Shown: in pieces, positions 42,826 to 56,363 of the stretch | How the letters are laid out: the number at the start of each line of letters is the position of its first letter | Numbering within the stretch: position 1 is the first letter of the stretch | NCBI GenBank assembly: GCA_021613535.1 | Contig: CP075492.1 | Coordinates: 8,246,001 to 8,310,000 of the forward strand | Length of the DNA stretch: 64,000 bases | Source of the DNA: Adineta vaga | Taxonomy: Eukaryota; Animalia; Rotifera | Reading direction: 5' to 3' | Position numbers and translations under genes: made by a program | Notes under the pieces: generated by a model | What the model saw: only the letters and a program-made list of their open reading frames with translations | What the model was told of the DNA's origin: nothing | Databases searched by the model: none

Positions 42826-43302
42826 ATGTCATCAACAACATCTTCAGCTTCTCCTAGTGCACAAACACGACGTTTAGTACTAGATTTAAATTCATATAAT
42901 AAAAATCCATTACCGTACATTCGAGATCTTCAATATTCCGTGGATTCAGATGGTTTTAATCAATTGCATGGAATATTAATTGGTCCAGAGAAAAGTTCAT
43001 ACGAGAACGGTCAATTTCATTTTCGAATTAAATTTCTACTAGAGTATCCTTTTAAACCTCATGAATTCTACTTTCTGACACGAATCTGTCATCCAAATGT
43101 AGAAACAGAAACCGGTCATGCTTGTCATGATGAACTTCTTTCCTCATGGACACCACAGGTATCAATCATGACTATATTTTCGAAAATGCATGGACTTCTT
43201 GCACAACCTGATTATAATAAATATTACGAACAAAAAGTCATTCCAGGAAAAGATCCAAATACAGCTCGAGAATGGACAGAGAAATATGCAATGCCTGTTT
43301 AG
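42826..43302 (+). CDS. Ubiquitin-conjugating enzyme E2, divergent, intronless CDS
   Basis: GPEKSSYENGQFHFRIKFLLEYPFKP, HPN motif followed by catalytic Cys (HPNVETETGHAC), W-T-P, AREWTEKYA. Confidence 0.9.
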   Translation: MSSTTSSASPSAQTRRLVLDLNSYNKNPLPYIRDLQYSVDSDGFNQLHGILIGPEKSSYENGQFHFRIKFLLEYPFKPHEFYFLTRICHPNVETETGHACHDELLSSWTPQVSIMTIFSKMHGLLAQPDYNKYYEQKVIPGKDPNTAREWTEKYAMPV

Positions 43303-43489
43303 TCAACTGACTATATGGTAAACGATTTTCTGAATATAGTATTCAAATCAGCAGATAAAATGAACATTATATTTTAAATCAATAGATATATCTCTTGTAA
43401 TAAACCTATATGTAACGTTATATGTCAGAAATTCGTTCATTGACTCCTAAATCTATACAAGACATCATTTTATTTCTATACATTCATAT

Positions 43490-45907
43490 TTATCTGTTTA
43501 CACTAGGAGAAATGTAAGTGTCAACTTGTTTCATTTGGTTTTTACATCGACAGAGTGTCGTTGGTACAAAAACTGTTTCATTATTACAATAATGTATCGG
43601 ATTATTTTCTTGTTGATGTGCAAGTAGATTCTGTTGTAATTCAGATACACATTCTTGATGATTCGGATAGATCAATTGACTTCCAACAATGAGTACTGCT
43701 TGACACGGCTGATGTACTTGTTGTTGCTGCTGTTGTTGTTGTTGTAAATTTGGTGATGAATAACCTTTCATCGTCGACAGATATTCATGTGCATTTGACG
43801 AATGACAACAATGATAATGACGAAATGATGGCGGATAGGGTGGCAAAGCTGGTGCATTCGTATTCATTAATTTTTTATCATTATATAGAAATGGTTGTTC
43901 ACTATCGGATGATAAGGATGGTAATTGTTCATAGAGACTATCATTAACTGGAAGACTCTCTGGTGTTTTATGTATTGGTTGATGAAGAGTCGTATGATAA
44001 TAATAATGATGTGAACGTTGTCGTTCAAGTTCAGCTGTTATATGACGACGAAGTTTTCGTCGACAAATCGCCAATGATATAAGTAATAAAAGGAAGAGTA
44101 AAACGAAGAAAAGAAGAAAAAAAACGATGACAATTAATGTTTGATTATGTTGAATAAGATTCGATGCTGTAAATGAATCATGATGAAAGATTGAAAAGAG
44201 TTTTGACGGATCTTTAACAGATACAAATGATGGATAAATACTTGTTGTATAAAATACAGCATCGAATGAGACTATTAAAATAAACAAATTCAAAATATGT
44301 TTGATTCAATTGAACTAAGGTTTTTAATCAATATGAAACAAACCTGTCGTCGATGATTCTGTTGTTCGTATAACACGAATTAAATCATCATTTTGATCAA
44401 TTTTCCATCCGTAACTAATTATTTCTCCTTCATTAACTTGTTCATTTGATAAAATAACATATTGCAAATTTTTTAAACATCCAAATAAATTATTCATATT
44501 CGGTAATATTCTCATTAGATTTGAATTGTAACTTAAATTAATTTCTTGTAAATTTGTCGCAGCACAAAATGTTTCATTCGTAAAATTTCGTATATTATTT
44601 TTCGCTAAATTCAATTTTATTAATAAACTTTTACCAACAAATACAAATGGTTTGATTTGTTCGATACGATTTTCTTCATAATTAAGTTCAGTGATTGTTT
44701 CCGGTAAAAGGATATGAATATGAGAGAAATTTCCTTGTCGACATTTGACAGTATGTTGTGACCAAAGAGTATCATGTGAACATAAACAGTCAGAAGGACA
44801 TACTGAATGACAATCACATGCTTCAAAATCACAACATGTACAATCGGATGTACAATGTCGAGTATAGAAACATTGAAAATCACTTGAAGAAACATCAAAG
44901 ATTGAACGAGAATTACATTGAAGAAAAGATAAATCAGTAATATTAATTGACGATGAATTCAATAATGAATTAAGCCAACAATCGCATATGAGAGGATTAC
45001 CATAGAGTATAAGTTGAAGAATAGGAGTATTTAAAATCTACAGAAGAACAAAAAGAAACATCATAGTTTAGATAAAAACATTTTTTGATAAATCGAAAAA
45101 ATTTACTTGATAATCATCATGAGTTGACTTGTTCAGTATATCTTTGAAGAATTCTAATGAATTTATTTGATTAAATCGAAGATCGAGTACTTGTAAAGAT
45201 TTATGTAACCATTTGTTATCAATCCATGTCAGAGCATTAGTTGATAGATTCAAATATTCAAGTTCTATACTTCGATCAAGTATAGGCAATCGTTCTAAAT
45301 GATTATCAGCTAATGATAAATGAGTTAATTTTTTCAATGATTTTAATAATGATACAAGAGATGATTGTGCTAAATTACAATCAGTTAAATCTAATTGCAT
45401 TAAATTTCTTGGTAAAGATGATAATTGAAGATGTTTATTATGACGAAGACTAAGACCAACTAGTTGTTGTTGATGAATATGATTTGAACCAAATTTAATT
45501 TCACGTAGATTTGGATTATGATCAAGATATAGATATTTCAACTGGAATGGTAACGGATAAGAAAGTATAAATGTTGATAAAAGATTGTAACTTAAATCAA
45601 GTGTTTCCAATGATGATGGTAGAGAAAATGGTAATTGACTTAATGTTAATAATTGACATGAATTGATTTGAAAAGTTCGCATTGTATAATTGGAAGAAAA
45701 TGAAAATAATGGAAGATTCGTCATTGTTAATGTATTTGTTGTACATATTTGCTTTTCATCTTGTTGTAAAGATAGATATTCAATTAAAATAGTGCACTGT
45801 TCAGTTATTCGATCATTTGAAAAAAGAAAATGTTTATTATCCGTACAATTCCATTCAAATGATTGACTATTGTGAATAAGAAAGATGATCAAGAAAATAA
45901 ACATCAT
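43490..45907 (-). CDS. Single-pass LRR receptor with protostome Toll-type (multiple cysteine cluster) ectodomain and no TIR domain; 3 coding exons
   Basis: Signal peptide MMFIFLIIFLIHNSQS; LRRs; LRRCT GNPLICDCWL; cluster CTCCDFEACDCHSVCPSDCLCSHDTLWSQHTVKC; further LRRs (FVFVGKS); TM LIVIVFFLLFFVLLFLLLLISLAIC; disordered tail. Confidence 0.85.
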
Positions 45908-48900
45908 CTAAAAGATTTGATAAAAAAAATGAAATTATATTAAGAAAAAAGAAGAAAATGTTTAAAATATATATATTTGAACAAAAGAAACACTAGGCGT
46001 TCTCTTAGAAGAAAATAATTATAAACACTGCATGTCTCTATACATATACATATATGTATATAGAAAAGTAGTATAAATTAATTCAAATAACCTTACGCAA
46101 CAGTAGGAAAGTTGATGATGATGATGATGATGAAAACATTTTGATTAATATGCATGAAATCTTGATGTTATTACAGTGAGCCGACAATTAAAGAAGCCGG
46201 AAGACGACACCTTGTCGATAGTATTCAATTGCATTATATATACAAAAGCCTATGATACTAATCGATGAGAAAACGAGAGAAGCGCTAACTGACCTTGACC
46301 AATATTGCCTTGCTCGGTTTTTTCTTCTTCTCCCTCTCTCTCTCTCTCTTCGTCTTTCTTTTCTTATCACTTCAATCCAATCAATGTTGACGATGTATGT
46401 CGGATGTTCAAAGATGTATATCTATTTGCTTTAGTACTAATGACAAGAACTGTTAGTGAATCTAATTTAAGGAAAGCTCACTTTTGTTTTCTGTTATTCT
46501 AATAGAAGATCTAAATGAAGCTTATAATAGTAAATAGATGAGTGAATGACATTTCATTCGATCTTATGATTGAAAAGATGAAGCAAACTCATTGTTCATA
46601 CATATGTATATGTCTGATAATTAACAAAAAGAATCATCAACATAACAAATGAAATGAGCAATGAGGGAAATGAAGTGAAACGAAAGCTGATTCCCTCTTG
46701 TATAGTTGTCGTCATCTTATCTTGAAGAAAGAGAATTGAAATGAAAATGTGTAGATGTCTATATCAAACTCAGTATTGAATGTAAGCGTGAAGCGTGACC
46801 ACAGCTGTATTGATGATTAATCTCCAAGGATCTGCTCTTTCGTTTGATGTTATGATTATACTTTTTTTAACACTTTCCTATTCTTCTCAAAATAATAACG
46901 ACAATTTCCGTCTTAACCATCTGCTTGACCTCATTTTCTTCTAGTTTTCTTTTTGTGTTCTAGTAAAACACTACTCGTTGAATATGTCAATTCTCTCTCT
47001 CTGCCATTAAATGACCACTCACTTTTGCTCTTATTTTCAAAGATTCATTCTTTTTTCAATTGAAAAAGAAAATGAATTAAATCGAAACTTTTCAATTAGA
47101 AGTAGGCGAGGCACATGGCCTCTGTCCCCTTAACTTTTATAAGGCTACGTAGATGAACGACGTGTGGCAGTATATAAACAAACGAAAGAATACTTTCAAG
47201 CGACACAATGTGACAAAAACTATTGGTATATATATATGTATACCCGAGAGTATATGTTATATTCTCATGAAGAAAAGATTCTACAGATAGAATATCAAAT
47301 CAAACTTTCTGCACCATCAAAGATGTCAATCGAAAGACCTTGCAAATAAGATTTATGTAAAAAAACGATGAAGAAAGAATGATTGACACATAAAGAGAAG
47401 AAACACAACTGTGTAACAGTTGATTGATCATTTTGCGCATCTATAACACTTTTTTTTCTCACTTTTATAACACTTGAACGTCACTTAAGAGGCAAAGATT
47501 ATTTGAAATTAGACAAATACTTCTTCATTCTTCACTCGACGACATGCAGTGCAAATGATATAACACATTCACCTGTTCCAATCTATTCACTATTACACTT
47601 CATCTGACCTCTTTCTGTTCTTGTTAATTTGATCCGCTAGAAAAGAAAAAGTAACATTGTACACACCGTTTTCTTTTTATTACAATACCTCCTTCTTCCG
47701 ATAGTTTTATTGGAAACAAAAGAATAAAAATAACATGTTGAAGACTTCTGGCTGAATAAACTCACTTTCTACTCATATCATCCAATCAATTGTGGAACGA
47801 CGATTGCGTGTACATGTACTATTAAAATGTAAATATATATAAGACACACACTTGCTTGCTTGCTGGCTTTATAATATATGTATATTAATATTACTACTGT
47901 ATTGTGATAGAATGACTGACATATATAAAAGAAGATGACTTTTCAACATAGGCTCTTTCTTCTTCTTCATCTTCTTCTTCTCTTCCGTTCTCTCTCTCTC
48001 TCTCTCTCTTTCGTTTGCTTGTTCAATCATTGATGTTCGAGTGGCACACATATACATACATACATACACATACCCTTCTTTATTCTCTCTTCTCAAATAT
48101 CGGAAGAGTGCATATAGCAGTCATACTACTGACATAGCGTGCTATTAGATCATTAAAGTTTGCAGTCAATAGGTTCATATCTCATCGTCGCGACATTGCA
48201 TGCTATGTTTCGGAAGATAGATTAATTTCGAAAGTCGTTAGTATTTGATGAAAATTTTCTTCTCATGTCATTCAGCTGCTTCTTTTTATTGGCGAAAAAA
48301 AAAACTTTTCTTTTCAATTAAATTTATCTTAAAAATCATTCAATCTTTTCAAAATTGTTTTTCACACGCTTCATTCAATACTTCTCAAGGTAGACTTTAA
48401 AACAATTATTTTCATGTTTTCATTCATTCCTATTGATTTGTCGATGTCTTTTTAATACGTCTATGTTGATCGCTATAATTATTTCAACATCATATACACA
48501 CACAAACATGTAATCGTCTAACATTTAAAGCAAGACGTATGCTTCCGATATATTGATCATTGCAGGAGGTTGCCTATGATCATAGCAATGAAGTATATAG
48601 AATGTATGCCTGCAGTTATGTATAAAGCAGACAAAATGTCACTGAAAGACACTAATGACAACTAAATGTATAGACGTTGACTTATCAAATGCTCACAACG
48701 CGTTTTTTTTTGTCTTATGAACATTGTTTCCATCTGTGCTTTTCTATTTTCTTTCTATTACTCAATTAGAAATATGACGAGATGAATAAGAGTGGCTTTC
48801 TTTTTTCGAAAGAAGAATGAATGTATGAATGAATGAAAATAAGCGAGATCGAACAATTATCATTCAAGGCAAACTTTAAAATAAAGAACGACAGTGATTA

Positions 48901-50306
48901 GAAATTCTATACGGTTAAATGATTTAAATATGGATGAAAAGAAGACAACGGCTGATATCAAAACGATATTTCCAGGTCAATAGATCTGAAAGTTTTTTGC
49001 CTCTATAACAATGTAGATATCTGATTGTAAATTTGTATGATCAAGTCATTTTCTTTGACATTATCTGTTCAAAGAATTATTGATGATCATATCAGAAGAT
49101 TAATTCTTTTCGAAACTTTCCGTTACTTCTTATATTTAAGAATAGAATCATTACGTCATCGTCTCATAGCTATTCACTGACATACAATAGGAACATGATG
49201 TGTTAATAGCATCTATTGACAAGAAAAGTGAGCTTGATATTACTGAAGAAGATACTTTGATTAAGAATGAATGAGGAAGATTAGCTATTGTCTTTAAGAG
49301 TTAACCTTATAGATAATGGAGAATCAGTTTTGTTTTATCAACGAAAAGGCGCAAGTTAAAGAACATAGACACACCCACACACACACACACTTACAAAATC
49401 AACTCGATTGATTACTTTTCTTTTCTTGAGAGAAACTGGATGATGGCGTTTAATTAAAAAACTAAGATTTAATCGGCACCATCAATCTTAACATGTGGTA
49501 TTGTATTAGAGAGAGAATTTATCGCAGAAAATAATAGATTATCGAAGTATTCTATATAAAAAGACAAAAAAAAGCCTTGGACGAAATAAATTAACCATAG
49601 ATAATTAATGAGTTTGTTTTAGATTGATGGGATAAAAAAGATTTGTTCGAAGCGCAAACTGTTATTGGGAAACAATGTTGTAGATATTGATTTTGTTGGA
49701 TACAAAGAGATTGTTGTTCATTTATTCGCTATATAAAAGCGACCTTTCATCATTTCGTGTGTATGAAAACTTAGAATTGAATTTAAAATCGAACTTGAAT
49801 AATTCCAAGATTTAGGTGATAACATCGACACACTGATTTTTATTTATATATATAGAATACATGAGAGTAGACAATGAATAAAAGAGGGAAGGAAAAGCTT
49901 GCTGATGTTTTCGAGAGTGATAAATCCATATAAAAGATTTTGTCGATTGAAAGAAGAAAAATTAGGAATGTGTTTATGTGTGTGTGTGTGTTAAGAAAAA
50001 GAACAAGATAAAGAAAAAGAAACAAAAAGGAAATTGACGTTTGACGAGAAGTTTTCCTGACTAGTCATCTCTCCTCGTCATCAAAGTTTTGTTTTAATTA
50101 ATTGATCATCATTCTCACATTCGTCGTTAGTTAATACAGAAAGAGATTCTCATCCGAAAACACACTCAAAGACAAATGTTGGTGTTGTTGTTGTTGTTAT
50201 TGTTGAGAATATATAAAAGAAAAAAAAAGGAAATGCGTTACATTGAAACGAAAGAAAAGAAAAGAAAGAGAAGAAAATTGGGCTGTTTTTTAAACATCAT
50301 GTTCAT

Positions 50307-51271
50307 TCACTTTTGTTCATCATCGACATCTTGCACTTCATTATGTGCGTTATCATTATCACCAGGCATATCCGTTGTCCATAATGTGAGATTGTCACGT
50401 AAAAGTTGCATAATTAATGTTGAATCTAAATGAAGGAAAAGAAAATTTTCTTTACATAAATAAAAAAATCTATTAAAACAATTCAAACCTTTGTATGTAT
50501 CTTCATTGAGTGTATCCAATTCAGCAATGGCATCATCGAAAGCCTTAGAAAAGATGAAATTTCATTAGAAAAATCAATACAAATGAAGTCTAAACAAATG
50601 ACATACTTGTTTAGCCAATCGACAAGCTCGTTCAGGTGTATTGAGAATTTCATAATAGAATACCGAAAAATTCAAAGCTAAACCAAGACGAATGGGATGG
50701 GTTGGTGGTAATTCATTTTGAGCAATATCATTCGCTTTTGTATAGGCGACGAGTGAATTTTCTGCTGCTTCTTTTCGATCCTCTTGGGTTGCAAATTCAG
50801 CTTTATATCGATGATAATCACCTTTCATTTTTAAGTAAAAGACTTTACTTTCACCTGATGCGGCATTTGGTAAAAGATTTTTATCAAGTAAATCAAGAAT
50901 ATCTTGACAAATATCACGTAATTCTTTTTCAACCTGAGAACGATATTTCTTTATCATAGCCATTTTTGTATTTTCCGATTTATTTTCTTCTTTACTTTCA
51001 ATATTAGTAATAATTCGCCATGATGCACGTCGTGCTCCAATTAAATTTTTATAGGCCACGGAAAGTAAATTACGTTCTTCAACGGTTAATTCTTGATCCA
51101 TTTTAGCAACTTTTTTCATGGATTCAACCATTTCTGATAAATTAAAAAACAAAACAAAGCAAATTAATTTTACGTTGTTAATTAAATTAGTTGTCTTTTC
51201 TTACCTTCATATCGTTCAGCTTGTTCAGCCAATTTAGCTTGATAGACATCATCATCACGTGAGGCAGGCAT
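50307..51271 (-). CDS. YWHAE: 14-3-3 protein, epsilon type, 4 exons
   Basis: [72 protein letters not shown]; acidic tail VQDVDDEQK. Confidence 0.95.
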
Positions 51272-51672
51272 AATTTCGAATAAAATGATAACGTTATACT
51301 AAAGAAACAAATCAGACGAGTGTTTTGTATATTTGAAGAGAAAAACGAATAAACAAAGAATCTTAGTTGCCGACTAACAACCATTTTGTCTCGTTGAACC
51401 ATTCACTCATATTGAATTGAATAATGAGGCAGAGATAAGAAAATTTTTAATTTATTTATTTTAATAAAAATATTTTCAAATTCAATAAGAATTCGAAAGA
51501 AAATTTATTAGACTTTGATTTGTTTCATTTTTTAAAGACATCTATAGATGTCAGGAGTGACGAATATGACTAACTTACATTTTATTTCACACTAAACATA
51601 ATACTTACTAAACAGTTTGTATATGAATGTTAAAGAATTTCTCTTTGGTAAGGTCATACGAGGTTATAAACA

Positions 51673-51680
51673 TGACGTCA
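51673..51680. promoter_or_regulatory. Perfect CRE palindrome about 400 bp upstream of the 14-3-3 start
   Basis: TGACGTCA; function not demonstrable from sequence. Confidence 0.3.
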
Positions 51681-52071
51681 TATTATTCTCGATTTCATTT
51701 GATTATCTTCTTTTACGATTTGACTGATCATGGACTATTTATTTCTTTAAATGAATTTTTCTTGTATAGAAGAAGAATAAAGCGCAATAGCATCATCTTT
51801 TCCTTTCGATTTATGTATACATAACAGTTTAACCGTACGATTTCGTTTTTCAAAACACGAAACAAATGAAGTCTAATTTCGAATGATGTTTATTATATCT
51901 CATTGATCATAAACTCTTTTTTTTTGTATGCATCAAATCTAATGTTGAATTTGAAGAATCTTCTACTAACAAATAAATAATAATTAATAATAATGATACA
52001 TGAAAGTGAAACGAAGAAAATTGCAATAATGGTCATTTTTTTATTTGACTAATTCATATCATTTGAAACGA

Positions 52072-53170
52072 TTAATAAACCATTTGTTGAGCCACTGGAT
52101 TAAATAATGATAATTGATTAGAAAACGTATTCGCTGGTGTTGATAGTGTTTGACCAGCTGCCATCATTGGCATACCGTTTGGAATCATTCGACCTTGTTG
52201 CATCATTGGATGATAACCAAATGGCATACCTTGACGAGCCATAGGATACATATAGTTTTGAGGAACATATGATGATGGCATTTGAACCGGTCGATACATC
52301 ATTTGTTGTTGAGCTTGTTGTGGCATCATACTCATCGATTGTGGTTGTTGTGGTGGTGGTAACATCATCATATTCGATGGTGCTGCTGGAGCACCTGGAT
52401 TCATAGATGTTGGCTGGATGTATTCATAACTTGAATCCGATGAAAAACTTGGATTATGTTCAAGAGCATTATGAACTAAAGCTGGACGTCCAACAGAACC
52501 AGTAATAGATGGTGTATGATAGGGATTATACGAAGTCATAAGACCATTCGAAAATGATGGTAATGTATTACAAGGATGGTTGTATGGTGAACTTGGTTGA
52601 CTAAAACCACTGCGAACTGGTCGATCAACTTTAATTACTCTAAAATAGAATAAGATACAGAGATCATTGACACATTAAAGTGAATATATACCGTGTTCGA
52701 ACAATTGGTGGTGGTGCTTCTTCATGCATTTCTTTTTGAATAATACGTGGAGGTGGTGTACGTGGTTGTTCAATAACACGTTCAAGAATTTCTTGAGGTT
52801 GGGGTCGAATAATAACCTAGATAGTATGTAAGAAAAAAAGATTATTTCATTAGTTTTATCGCCATAGTTCAAAACTTACACGTTCCATAACAAGTGCTTC
52901 AGGAGTTGGAGCTCGTTCAACAACTCGTTTAATAATTGGTGGTGGTGTTTGAGCACGTACAACATCACGAGAACATTGCATATCTCGTGTTATTATTTGA
53001 CCTTGATATTCATAACTATCTGTACTTTCACTATCCGATGAAAAGGATTCAGGCGAATAGGAACTTTGCCGATCATCATATGTATTTGGATAACCAGCTG
53101 ACATTAATGTTGGATCAATATTGTAACCAAGTGCAGCTCCACCATTTGGATAGGCGAATCGATAAGACAT
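52072..53170 (-). CDS. Proline-rich low-complexity protein with repeated R-x-x-T-P-P-P / ERV motifs, 3 exons
   Basis: RAQTPPPIIKRVVERAPTPEALVMER|VIIRPQPQEILERVIEQPRTPPPRIIQKE...; M/Q/P/Y-rich C-terminus; exons join across GT-AG introns. Confidence 0.8.
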
Positions 53171-53698
53171 ATCTTATTTTGAGTTGAACGTTTGTATGAA
53201 AAGTGAATAGATAGTGAAAAGTGCTGTCTATTGTCACACATTTACTATCACCGATATGGTTCAATGCATTTTGAAAAAGACCAATCAAAAGGACATATTC
53301 AAATCAAAAAGAAAAACGATAGAACGACGGGACAATGACCTCGTTAATGAAAATTTAAAATGAACCATTGCGCTGTTCAATGTCTTTCGCTCTCTTGATC
53401 AATTTAATCAGCACTTGAAGCTATCAATTAGTTTCTTTTTTTAAAACGAACATCACACTATACACATAAAACTACTTCTCCCATATAACCATTCTTTATT
53501 AAATATCGATTTCTCTCTATGCATGATAAATTACAGAAAACTAGATAACAATCATGAAGATTGATACTTGATTTCTTCTTTTTTTTTTATTTTGTTTATT
53601 TTGACTGAAGAAAGATAAAATAAAATTTTTGTTCATTGCTCACTCGATATTCTTATCAAGAGAAAAAAGGTAGAGACAAAATGTTGTTTATTTGTATT

Positions 53699-54043
53699 TT
53701 ATTTGCCCAATCCTGATGCAAATTTAGCAGATGCAAGTCGTTTACCCAAACCGGAAGCAAATTTTGCATGTGATAAACGTTTGCCAAGACCGCTAGCAAA
53801 TTTAGCTGAAGCTAAACGTTTACCAAGACCGCTAGCGAATTTAGCTGAAGCTAAGCGTTTGCCAAGACCACTGGCAAATTTTGCCGAAGCAAGACGTTTA
53901 TCCAAATCAGATGAATCTTCTGAACTGGTAATAACATCCACTGATTCATCACTGTCAAGGTAGGTTGTTGATTGAACAGTGTTGAAATTGAAAAGAAACA
54001 GGACGGCGAGAAGACCAACAAGAACAATTAATTTTGTCTGCAT
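53699..54043 (-). CDS. Neuropeptide precursor, allatostatin-A/buccalin-like (4x LASAKFASGL-amide, 1x LSHAKFASGL-amide)
   Basis: Signal peptide, acidic spacer, five KR-flanked copies with Gly amide donor (GKR; last GK-stop); F-x-x-G-L-amide ending. Confidence 0.92.
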   Translation of the reverse strand: MQTKLIVLVGLLAVLFLFNFNTVQSTTYLDSDESVDVITSSEDSSDLDKRLASAKFASGLGKRLASAKFASGLGKRLASAKFASGLGKRLSHAKFASGLGKRLASAKFASGLGK

Positions 54044-56363
54044 ATTGTTTGATAATAGAATAGTATTAGTAATAAGTTAATCGTAGGAACTAAAATCAGA
54101 AGAACAACACAATCTTCGTGTACTCAATCGTTTTTAAAAGATATATGAAAAAAAACAAGCGAATTCTCTGGAGAAAACCGAAATGAAAATACGTAACTGA
54201 AAGGGAGTGATGATGATGTATGGGAAAATTATATTTAAGTATGAATTATTTTTATGAAGATTCTATATAGTAGTTCCCGGAAAGAAAAACAGTTCATTGT
54301 TTTTCTGATAATGAAAAAAAGAAAGACTAATCATTCATTGAATATGTACGTCATCATTTATGATAAGTATTTTCATATTTGTATTTGTTCGATTAAAATC
54401 TCTTGAAGAAATAAAAAAAGAGATAGATTCTTTTGAATGATTGATTTACATACATACGTAAAGAAAACATACGAAATAGAAAATTAATGATGATTAATGA
54501 ATAAATAGTGGAGGTGGTAATTGAAAAAGTAGGCGAATCTTTTCATCTGTCGATTAGATAAATATACGTAATAATAACAAAAAGAAAAAGATTTATCCAT
54601 AATGAATGAAACTAGTTTTTCTTGTGTGCAAAAAGAAAAAGAATACTTCATATCTCTACTAACACTAAGAGAAAGAAAACGTCACAAACAATGAGTTTCG
54701 GATGTATTCTTCGTAGGAGAAATTCTTGATCTTTTGTTCTCAACTTCAAGAGACACCGCAAACGTAACACATTATTCTATTTCAGATGTCAACTACATAT
54801 TCTCTTCCAAATCTGATTGATCGTTCACAGAAGACTATTCAGTTAGTTTAGAACGACGAAAGATTTTCCTTTCTTTTTTTTATTCTTTGACTTCAAGCAA
54901 GATAAGATCTCGATGTTCAATTGAGCTCGTCTGATCAATTTAAGATAGTATCAATCAAGGAAAAGATTGATAAAAAAAAGAAAACTTTTTCGCTATATGT
55001 CAAAAAATATTATTTGAAAGATAAGATTATTTACTCAAGTAGAATATTCTAACCAATTGAATTCGTGATATTTATTGAGATGTTATCTGATCGAATGATC
55101 ATCAAAGTTTTTTATGCCCTTCATATCAGTTTGTTGAGAAAAGTAACATGAAGGTGTTTCATTTCCATATAGTTTAACTAACAGTATCAGAAAATAGAAA
55201 GCTTTTGGGATTCATTGCTTACTGAAGTCATTTGTAGTTGGAATTATTGCTGAATAGATTATGAATTTATTGTGTTGATAAAATACAAGGTTAAATATAA
55301 ATGTAGCGGGTTAGTATGCTCCTTTTTCTGGAAGAAGATCACATAGAATAGGTACAACAACAGAGAAATTGTTTCATTAATCTGCTTTTATTAAACATTG
55401 AAAACCAGAGAGAAAATGTTATGGGAAATCTTATACGAAGAATATTAAGCAAAGAAACAATTCTAATTAAAATTTTACATTTGATTTATAAGATGTTTTG
55501 ATGAGATAAGAGTTCATCATAGAAAAGTTTGATTTGATACGCTATGATGCTTTGTATCAAAAAACAATGTTATTTTCCCAACATACCTTTTTTGATTAAG
55601 CAAAAAAGAATTCGATTGGATCATGCTATATTGATATGTTGAAACAGGATACACCATTCATTGGTATTCACGGACTCTTTATGCTTGTAGGCAAACGTTT
55701 ATATTCTTCTCTTCATTCGCAGATGATTTCTAGTGGCTAGACCACTATTTTAATAAAGTGTGTGAGGGAGGAAAGAGTCAAATTACACTTCGACGTAATC
55801 AAACTGAGTGTATCGACCTTCTAAGTGGAAATAATCCATAGAAAGACTTTTGTCTACTATTTATTTCATATCGATGCGATATCTCCATAATCCGACGATG
55901 ACAATACTTCAAACCAATAGATTTCGAACTTCCATTTGATACTTACTATTACAAATATTGATGCAATAACTTTTCTTACGATCGCATATGTTCGAGAACG
56001 ACAGAATAAACCTGTCACTTCAAATTTGAATTGATGTAAGAATGTGTCATGTAATCTTCGCAAGACATTTCATTTCTTCAACATAAAGAAATTTCAAACA
56101 CATTATTTCATTATTATTGCTGAATAATACCCAGTCAATATTTGCTATAATTTATTGAATAAAATACTTCGATAAATTTCATTTGCATTCGATCCGAGAA
56201 AAAAAGGTAAATTTTTTTTAAAAAGAAACCTACTAACGTATGTCTATAGATCACAACGATTGACTTTTCGATTGTAAATTTACATAATAACTAATAACAA
56301 CGGTTGTATAAATGAACAAAAGAAAATCAAATCAACTTTTTTTTCTTTTTCGAATTGCAGACA

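Noticed and set aside
48131-48209. 12-bp imperfect inverted repeat (GACATAGCGTGC...GCATGCTATGTT) as possible miRNA or ncRNA
   Set aside because: The interior does not pair into an extended hairpin and no RNA family motif is recognisable.
46000-50300. Short ORFs rich in F/L/S or R/E/K and (CT)n, (CA)n tracts
   Set aside because: Products of microsatellites and purine/pyrimidine tracts in UTR or promoter DNA; no domain signal.
53703-53963. Plus-strand repetitive ORF and CRISPR-like 39-bp periodicity
   Set aside because: Antisense of the neuropeptide repeats; no unique spacers, no cas genes, eukaryotic context.
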